Assembly: GCF_000150275.1 (NCBI RefSeq)
Contig: NW_002060948.1
Span: 2,720,180-2,784,179 of the forward strand
Source: Trichoplax adhaerens
Lineage: Eukaryota > Animalia > Placozoa
Direction: 5' to 3'
Length of the DNA stretch: 64,000 nt
The notes under the pieces are model-generated. The model saw only the letters and a list, made by a program, of their open reading frames with translations. It ran no database searches and had not been told where the DNA came from. Made by a program: the position numbers and the translations under genes. Of this stretch, positions 54,460-64,000 are shown piece by piece (position 1 is the first letter of the stretch; each line of letters opens with the position of its first letter).

Positions 54460-56733
54460 TCAATTACTCCTACATATCGATTGAGGATCTATTACAATTT
54501 CAGACTGGCATATCATTTTGTTTCCTTGCCTTACATTGAAGTACAGAGTATTGTTTTCAGATCCTTGCCATGTATCAACTGCAAATTCGTCATCAGGAAA
54601 TAATTGACTACGACAAACAAAATTGATTTGACGAACGCAGCTCGGGTTGAAATCTTGGCCGAAGTCAAGCTTGTAGGCTGAGCTTTTTGACGATATGGCA
54701 TTGCTTGCTGCATCCATACAGAAAGTAGCTAAATTCGCATAGCCGGCATGATCATTAAAATCAAGATCACTAAATCGCACCTTCCTATGATATGTATAAT
54801 GACTTGAAGGTATGCTATCAAATAGAGGTTGAGGCTTGTGAATAAAAGAAAAAGATCAAAATTCGATTAGCGTTTACTTCAGTATAGTTTCATCTTATCA
54901 CATAGCTTCAATAAAACTTATTACATATATTTCATGATATTTATAATACATTACATCGGTAATTCACGGTGTAGTTTATTCGATTTGTTGTTATATTATA
55001 CTGTAGCTACTTGTAGACTTGCATACAAATACCTTTTCAGCAGATATCTTGAAAGGCACTTTACGTAATAATGTTTCTTTAAATGAATCAGGAAATACTT
55101 CAGGCTTGCCATCTTTTAGGAAGACAGTAATACTGTCAGTTCTATGCATGACTTTTTCAGTTTGATTATCAATTATTTCGTAAGTAGATATAAATGATCT
55201 ATTACTGATTGATGTTAATTGTAAACTTAACCTTGATGATGCATCGGGATCCATAGTATAGAATACAGGATCGATGGTACACTGATTGGCGATTAATACC
55301 ATAGAACCTTTAGTACCAGATAATAATTTGGGAATATCCCAGATACCGTATCGCACTGAAGTGCCAAGCGTTTCAGCATATGCAAATATGAATTTACAGA
55401 GGTCAGGTTGATTAAATCGATCACGATAATGAAAGAAATTATCCAGGTTATACGTAATGGTAAATAGGTCATAGTTTACTACATCCAATGCCAATGGTAA
55501 TAGGCCTGGAATGTATTTTAGATCAGGATTAAAACTTATTGAAAATGTACTTAAACAATCGTTATCTCGCATTATCTGACAATTAATTCGATTATTCGAA
55601 GCATCCGACCATGATTTAACGGTTAGATTCTCGTTCACATAAGCAGGTGAATGATAATCCAGTTTAAAGTAGATAGCTTTACTGTACCATGTTTTATCCA
55701 TAAATTGTATATAGCCATCGTTAAATTTGGATGCAATGGCATGCTTAATAGCACTCATAGCAAAGCATAGATATTGTGTAATGTGTACTTGCTTTGTATT
55801 AGACATATCGCTTGGCCGAACGGTGATTGGATAGGTATAGAATGTGTGCGGATTTTGCTTGATAAAATAAAAATATAAATAATAGAATTAATGATAGGAC
55901 TAATTAACGGATGAATCAGTTCAACTAATAGTAACTAATATAAGCACTAATAGCTGCCTTACTCAACTTATTTCATTCGTTAATTGATATTTGTTAAATA
56001 TTTTTAAGTTAAAGCAGACTCGGAATTCACTTAGTACACAGGTACCTATTANATGCTTTGGCAAGGANNNNNNNNNNNNNNNNNNNNNNNNNNNNNNNNN
56101 NNNNNNNNNNNNNNNNNATTAGCTGTTGTCATTGCATTGACGCCGATATCAGGTACAAGCATTCGGATTTCGGAGGCAGAAAGATAGAGTAACAAAGAAC
56201 ATAGTCGACAATAGTTGGTTATAGGAAGTTTGTTCAAACAGGTGCTTTCACTTCAAATAGGTTATAAAAATGAACGAAAGAAAAAGCAAGTAAACACTAT
56301 AAACGAGTATATAGGAAGGATATTGTTAAGTTAATGATGGAGGAAGAGTGATGTCTAATGTCGAATATGTTCAATAAAGTATATTCTGTTCGTATGTTGT
56401 CTATTTTCTGATACGTATATAGTAAGTTTCCTAATCAATAATGCTTGTTACTAGTTTATGAAGGACTTACAGAGATAAATTACAAAGTGATGCAGGGAGA
56501 AATGCTCCTATTTATCTTTTCTAATCTACTCTTACCCATTTTTCCGAACTTACATTTCGCTTGCAATAAAGGAAAAAGATAGAAGGACGGTGAAGTGGTG
56601 ATAACGATTTAAAATTATGATCGTCGTTTCTGATCTTTAGTCTTATAAACCGGCTGAGATTTCGTTTATGCAACCAGTATCGAAAAGATTTACAATTAGG
56701 AAACCTGTTTCGGATTATTAACGATGAATTCAT
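54460..56733 (-). CDS. Multi-hotdog-fold thioesterase-like protein B (exons 56733-56554, [exon 2 probably in the N gap], 55857-55033, 54834-54460)
   Basis: Arg/Ser-rich exon 1; TVRPSDMSNTKQVH...LDYHSPAYVNENLTVKSW; KVRFSDLDFNDHAG...FAVDTWQG. Clear paralog of A and C. Confidence 0.7.
56068..56117. other. Assembly gap (50 N)
   Basis: Run of n characters, with one further n at 56052. Confidence 1.
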
Positions 56734-57311
56734 ACTGTTGGCAAATATACTCTTTTGCCTGTTCTATACGTAAGTACAGTATCCTTAATAAACAGATTTA
56801 ACAGTATTGTAAAGGTGTACTTCATGTATAGATGATGTTTCTTCTACAGAATCTCCTGGTCCACAGAAAATACTATAGAAAAAGCCGTGATATTTTATGT
56901 ATAAAAGTAGTTATAGCCCAGCAGCTAGAGTTATAGTACTGTAGAATAGAGAATAACATAGAATAGAACATGTGATTGTATGCCATTATCCTTACAATAA
57001 AGGAGTAGCAGGTAACTTAGGAGCAGATGTCTGATCTTTCTTGTCGTATATGCCTGTAAATTCGCATATAGTTAAATTTATTGTGATAGGACAGCATTAG
57101 TTATGCATACTACAGGGTTATTTTATTTCTATCTTATGTTTGACATCTAAATTATAGTGGCAATTTTAGAAGCTGCCATAAATAGCGGACTACATTTGGC
57201 TAAAGTTCATTCTAAATAGTCAGGTAGGGATTTAAATCAGTTAAAGTCAGTTACTTGTTTTTTCTAATAATACTAATAGCATAAGTAAAAGATTGTAAGG
57301 AATGACAAACA

Positions 57312-57535
57312 GTAATTTCAAGATTTAAGAGTTCAGAATTGGATATGGGTGGAGGAAATTGCCTAAAAAACTACTCGCACTTTAAGTTCTAAGTGCTCAT
57401 TTTAATATAGCTGGTGATAACAAAAATGTGAGTATATGAGATATGATATATGGTAATTTCAAGGTTTAAGGGTTAAGAATTGGATACGAGCAGAGGAAAT
57501 TGCGTTGAATGATATTCGTATTTTAAGTACTCGTT
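57312..57535. repeat. Degenerate direct repeat, 141-bp spacing
   Basis: gtaatttcaag.tttaag.gtt.agaattggata....gaggaaattgc occurs at 57312 and 57453. Confidence 0.75.
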
Positions 57536-58903
57536 TTCAATAGAGCAATCAAGATGCATACTGTATTACCATACTCTGGTTGAGTAAGAGTTTTTGTTTG
57601 TTAATACTATTAATGTTCTTTAGTCGATTTCGTAGCCGCTAATTTTTTTTGTCATCACTTCATAACGCTTGTATAAAATAGCAGAACAAAGATATATTAA
57701 ATAATAAAGTGGAATAGCAGCAATTGATCGATCTATACTCAGTAAACAGCAAAAAGTCTTTGAATGATTGAACGTATCAAATTTTTATAACTTAGTAAGG
57801 ACTACATGTACTTGCTTAAAACGATACCTTAATTAATGCCTATTGTATTCTATCTTGTTGTAAAGAGATACTGTACATTAAGTAAGGCAAATAACTTGAT
57901 AGGTATCGCTTTATTCGTGTATAAAATAAAAAATTGATACGAAAAGTCGTGTGATGCTGTAAGTTTAAATAGAATTTGATTTTTCCTAATTATCTATTAC
58001 TACAATTTAATATACAGAAAGCATGCGTGGACCAGTAATTACCTAGATCTGGAGATCTAACTACTGTATGGCATTTGCTGATTGCTCGAGGTACTCTGAC
58101 CAAAGTTCTAAAGATACACTGACGATTAAGCTTCTTTATTTATTGATAGTAACGAACTACTGTGGGATATCTCGTATAATTACAGCTAAAACATTCTTAC
58201 GCGTATTCTATCTCTGCTACTTGGTTCTTCTCCAATTTGCTAACGTGCTTATATACGTGTACAGAATATTAAGTACGGTTTCAATACCTTAAATTAGCAA
58301 ACCGATAGCTGCGTAACTCCTATAATATTAAGTTGGGTGATTAGCATCAAGCTACACCGATAGTAACAACCGGAACTTCAGTGATATACTAACTAAAGCA
58401 GCTTTAGTATCGACAAATATTACAAAATCCTAACATCTATTAATTATCTATTCTCTATAGTTACAGTACCATTACAGTATTGTTAGTGGAAATCTTGTAA
58501 ACTTGCAATGTGTAAAGAATTATTCATCATGATTGCAACTACCATTCAGTCAGTACTCCAGTATTTATTAGATTAGAAAATTGAGAATATTTTTAATATA
58601 GTCATCATTCAGTTAGGTTTGAGGATTGACTTATGTTACTGAAGTATTAGGTGTCATGAAGAAGCATTAATTTTTCTTTACATTCTTTTATATAACTTTT
58701 CATGAAATATTTTTATTACAGTATAGATTGTTGTATAACGTTGGATTTCCGTAGTATGTTTAAGTAAACGGATTGATAGTTAACTATTAAATAAAAAAGA
58801 CAGTAAATTGAAAAATTTGGTCTAATAGCTCACTGAATACATAACACACGTGTTGATGTCGATTTGAACCAGGTTGTATGCGATATTAATGCTAAACCTA
58901 AAC

Positions 58904-61738
58904 CTAATTACATTTTTGTATTGATTGGACATCTATAATAAATTCGAGCTGGCAAACTGCCTTATTTTCTTTTCTGACATTAAAATAGAGAGAATTGTTT
59001 TCATATCCTTGCCATGTATCAACTGTGATTTCGTCATCAAAAAGTAATTGGCCACGAAGGAGCAGAAATTTTTGATGAATGCAGCTTGGATTAAAGTCAT
59101 TACCAAAATCAAATCGATAAGCGGAGCTTTTCGATGAAGCTGCATTGCTGGCTGCGTCCAGACAAAAGCCAACTACACCTCCATAGCCGACATGATTATT
59201 ATAATCAAGATCACTAGCTCTTACTTTTGTGTGATACGTAAAATGATTTTGAGGTATACTTTCAAATAGAGGTTGAGGCTTGACAATAAAAATTAATAAA
59301 TAAAAATTGATTATTATACGATTTATAGTTAATTATTTAGTATTAGAATTGGGTAATTTTATTTTATGTTTTAAGTTCCATAGTTGAGGAATGGCTATTT
59401 GATTAATAATAACAATACAGTACATAAAGATTGTCTTTAAAATAATGCATTAGTAAAATGATTACCTTTTCAGTTAATGCCTTGACAGGTACCTTTTGTA
59501 ACAGTTCTTCTTTAAATTGTTCAGGTAATGCTTCGGGTTTACCATCTTTCACGAAAACAGAGATGTTCTCGCACTTATTGATAACTGTCTTAGTTTGATA
59601 ATCGATAATTCTATAGGCAGACATGAATGACTTATTGCCCATGGATTCTAACCCTAATTTTAGCTTTGTAGGTGCATCAGGTTGCATAGTGTAAAACATG
59701 GGATCTATATCAAATTTACTTGTGATTAATAGCATAGCGCCTTTAGAGCGAGAAAAAAATTTAGAAACATTCCATACACCATATATCAATGAAGTAGTAA
59801 AAGCTTCAGCCGCAGCATTTGTAAACTTGCTGATATCAGGTTGATTAAATCGATTACGAATGGATAAAAAATTTTCTCCGTTAAAAATGATGCCAAATAT
59901 GTCCTTATGGATTACATCTAATGATAACGGCAATATGCCTGGAGTGTATTTTAGATCAGGATTAAAGCTTATTGAAAATGTACTTAAACAATCGTTATCT
60001 CGCATTATCTGACAATTAATTCGATTATTCGAAGCATCCGACCATGATTTAACGGTTAGATTCTCATTCACATAAGCAGGTGAATGATAATCCAGTTTAA
60101 AGTGAATAGCCTTACTATACCATGTCTTATCCATGAATTCCATATAGCCATCGTTAAATTTGGATGCAATGGCATGCTTAATAGCACTCATAGCGAAGCA
60201 TAGATATTGTGTAATGTGTACTTGTTTTGTAATAGATATATCGCTTGGCCGAACGGTGATTGGATAGGTATAGAATGTGTGCGGATTTTGCTTGATACAG
60301 TAAATAAGATATAAGATAGAGTTATTAGTAAGATTATATCATGAAATAGTGAAATCGATACGAAAACAACCGAGTTTTTATATTTGCTAAAGATAATTGA
60401 GATCACGAGGAAACTGATTAGAGATTATACGCGTATAGTGAAATAGTGAAACTAGTACGAAATAACCGAGTTTTACATTTGCTAAAAATAATTCAAATCG
60501 CGAGTAGACTGATTAGGCATTTATTTATTATATCTGCAGTTGAGATGAGTTGCGTAATTTCTTGTAGTCCTAATTCAAAAATAGTAGGTACTGAAATTTC
60601 TTATACAGTAAGCGTATTAATTATTTGGTAACTGCTATAGAATACTTAGTAGAAATAGACTCATCAACTAGTATAATTACATAATTATCTTAATTGTTAT
60701 GAATAATGTAGAGTGGCCTAAAATTACCAATTTTAAATCTTCATTTGCTGTCGTTATTTGACCATCAATCACTAATTCATTGGTTTTACTTTCACGAATT
60801 TGATAACGGAATCGCGATTCTTGTGATTGCTCGACTTTGAGATGGCCTACTGTGCCCAAACCATATTGATAATATTGAGGATTGATGTTAGCAGAATAAG
60901 AAATAGGCTGAGAGAATAGCTTAAGTTGTTGATTAGGATCAGAGGGTACTACATGATTGCAAATTATTTGGATAATATTTTCAATATTGATACGATAGAA
61001 TTCATCTTGTAGGCGTCCTAGTACGACCGATTTCTCGATAGCAGTGTTGCTTAACTGTCATTATTTGAGTCAAAATAGAGCAAAACCATTTGATAAGAGA
61101 GAAGGAAAGATACCACAAGTAGATGGCATGGGTGGATTGACAAGGATAGAGTTTATGAGTATTCAGCAGGTAAGTTCGTTGATGAGCATGTAATAGCATA
61201 AAATAATTCAAAGAGATTGGTGAGATTTGATTGCAACGATATGATCCTTCAAAGATGATTACAATCTAAGTTGAATATCTTCACGATCATTATTCTAATG
61301 AAACCTTTTATTTTTAGACAATAATGTTTTAGTGCTATAAATGATACGTGTAATATTTTAAAACTATCCTGCAAACAAACATGAATACGTCTTCTGTAGT
61401 ATTCTGTGTGCACGAAAAACAGAAAAGTGACGAAATGTTGACCAGATAAAATCTATAGTAATCTAATCTAATTAGGCTCAGGCGTACGAGCGTATTTTAG
61501 CACACTAATGGTCCATCGACTTATCTTCCTGACTTACATAGCGCCAGTGCAACGTCCTAAAATTAGGATGGAGCCGCGAGTCGCGATCGATTGGTGTTAA
61601 TAACCTAACGTAGTTATTATTGCTAATCTTCAATTTTGTCCATGAGCTCAAGCTACGCATAGACGACCAACGAACGAGTGAACGATGAACAGATTTGCAG
61701 CTTGGAAATCCTTTCCGAATTATGGAACACGAATTCAT
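58904..61738 (-). CDS. Multi-hotdog-fold thioesterase-like protein C (exons 61738-61538, 61054-60728, 60290-59466, 59278-58904)
   Basis: Presequence-like exon 1 (MNSCSIIRKGFPSCKSVHRSLVRWSSMRSLSS). Exon 2 VVLGRLQD...PISYSANINPQYYQYG is homologous to A exon 2. Exon 3 is 825 nt, as in B. Exon 4 carries KVRASDLDYNNHVG, close to the acyl-ACP thioesterase DxDxNxHV motif. Confidence 0.75.
60343..60516. repeat. Intronic ~97-bp-spaced direct repeat in gene C
   Basis: gaaatagtgaaa...tacgaaa..aaccgagtttt..atttgctaaa.ataatt...actgattag occurs at 60343 and 60440. Confidence 0.8.
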
Positions 61739-64000
61739 GCTCTTACTAGATCGTTACCTATATTATCCGCTACTAGTTGCTTTAATTGATCATCTGTTCT
61801 AAACTTGCATATAAAATCATCTACTCACTACTATACTGTACTATAAATGAAATCGTTTTGAACGTAGAGGACTTGTAGAAACTCTTGATGATCTACAGTA
61901 TAATACATACTTACCCCTGACCCTGAGTTGACCTCTATAAGAAAATTGGGCGGGGGTTAGTGATAAGGCTGCAACGTATGAAAACGGATACCGGTAGCAG
62001 GTAGCAGGGACTACTAAAGAGACGTATCATGCCGGCAGCCACAGCACCCGATATTTGTTTTAGCTTACACCATGCTGTCGATCATGTCTCGACTCTTGGC
62101 TATCATTGCAAATAGGGTTATTATAATATCACTAGAACAATAGCAGTCTATTGATGGTAAGGATAGCCGATGGGAATATTCTACAGGTATTGATTGATTA
62201 TAATGTGTTATCGGAACATATCGAATATTATCGATTACAATAGGAACAAGACAATATGCGATATAGTCAGTACTCGTAAATAGACATGGAACATTATTAC
62301 ATATCATGAAGAGTTCAAGACAACAAAAGTGCAAGGGGCAGCATGACAATCAAACTGTTCCCAGGTTATGGTAATTATTTTGGTCTTGTAGACATTCGGA
62401 TGGGATTTATATCACAGGCATCGGCTATTAGAAATGGCCATTCCTGTTAGTAGGGACTACTCAACTAAAGTGTTCCCGTCTGGAGGATGAATGCAAATAT
62501 TAATTGAGACAGGGAATAGAGTGAAATTTTTAACTGAGTTGTCGCTGTTGTTAGTCTGTTCATTCTAGGTGGTGTTATTTTTTTTTACTATGCGCATATA
62601 TACCGTATATTGTCTACTGGCCTTGCTTTGTAGTGTTTTCGTATGTCAACACTGTTTCGTGTTAATTACGATATATCATTGGTACTGATACTAAACTGTT
62701 TTGTTGATTGATACTGGAACCTTAGTTTTAACGTGTGTTATACTGTAATTGATACTAGGCTGTTTTGTTAATTAATTTGCATTATAATTACATAATAGAA
62801 TCTTAGTTTTAACGGTATGATCTGCAAATGTTTACTAGATAACATGATGCAGTATAAATTGCAGCTTACCACTGAACATACTGTATAATATCCTAAATAT
62901 GAAGATTAGCATGGATGGTGCATATCGCATATCGGTAGATTATAATACTGTACTTTTGTCTCTTGAATATCCCCACGTAAATTTGCAGTTGGATAGGGCA
63001 TATAGTAGGTAGTGTACTTGCACTACAGACTAGGACTGCGTTAAAATCAGATATATTTCATGGTTAGTAGCAGTTTCGTTGCTGATATTGTCTATATTGT
63101 CTTATCTTCCCTTATTTATTGTATCCTCATTTACAGCATGTCCTCTCAACTATAAAAGAAGGCAAAGTTCTCTGCTCTCTACTTTACTATCCTGCTTAAG
63201 TTAATTCTCATACATATTTATCTGTTCTCTAACGAAATATCCAATACCAGGATTTTATTATACGTAGAATTTTACTTTAATCTGACCCTATTTTGGACAC
63301 TGATCAGATAATGATAAGTGATAGCCATGATTAGAAGGAGGGAGGCCCAACTACTATTAAAAAATAAATTTCCGTTTTAAGATGTGAGTAAACATTGTGT
63401 ATCCGTTAATTTTTAATTAAGGAAATTTATTGCATTATTAGCAGTTTACAGGATTAAAAAGTCATTATGATAGCGTGTTTTATATTAAAAATATGTTCTA
63501 TTTACTTTTGCCTTGCTTAGTTACGTTATGAAAATATCAGAGAGTATTGAAGCAGTACGCATCATCAATAAAACTGCTTTAGCTGGACGTATCACCACAT
63601 TCTTCTATATCAGCCCACTTTTCTTCGCGTACAGTTGCAAATGAAAATTTTCGCTAATTCCTTAATACATATACTATGATTTGTAATCATATTGAAAAAT
63701 TTTTTAATAATTCCGTAGCAAATGTTAGTAATTTTTACACGTATTTTATAGTTTCGGTTGCAGTGTCGATGAGTTTGCAAGGTAAAAGCAAGCACGGCAA
63801 GCAGTTTCATTATTCTTAGCATATCGAATATCGAAATTTAAATTAGAAGAATTATCTTGCCATGTCTCAATAATCACTTCTTCTGCTCTTCTTACTTGCT
63901 TTACATAAACGATATCAATTTGGTAAATACTCTGAGGATTGAAGTCATTTAAATGATAAAGCCGATATGCTGACGACCGATTTCTGATTGCTAGACTGGC

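Noticed and set aside
52820-58915. Peroxisomal targeting of the thioesterase-like proteins, given adjacency to PEX5
   Set aside because: The C-termini (LRA, RSN, KCN) do not fit the PTS1 consensus, and the N-termini look mitochondrial.
62040-62495. GC-richer, coding-looking stretch upstream of gene C
   Set aside because: Stops occur in all plus-strand frames and no family is recognisable; a pseudogene remnant is possible but unsupported.

Overview
AT-rich eukaryotic (animal) genomic DNA with many short GT-AG introns and abundant (TACTG/CAGTA)n palindromic low-complexity tracts. This style suggests a placozoan (Trichoplax-like) genome, which is an inference. From left to right: (1) a tandem cluster of five paralogous four-transmembrane CD20/MS4A-like genes (one frameshifted and truncated, four intact 4-exon genes), whose C-terminal tails carry PPxY/LPxY or independently expanded Tyr-rich repeats; (2) cytidine deaminase (CDA, minus); (3) mitofusin (plus); (4) PEX5 (minus), convergent with mitofusin and retaining the 37-aa PEX7-binding segment split over two exons; (5) three paralogous genes for ~570-590 aa proteins with a mitochondrial-presequence-like N-terminus followed by what appear to be four hotdog-fold (acyl-ACP-thioesterase-like) units, with a gene-conversion-like tract and an exon probably hidden in an assembly gap. 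The intergenic divergent-promoter regions are packed with tandem repeats and GTAC-rich tracts; introns hold a MITE-like element and a perfect 54-bp palindrome. No rRNA, tRNA or CRISPR array was found. Exon structures were assembled by eye and need RNA-seq confirmation.
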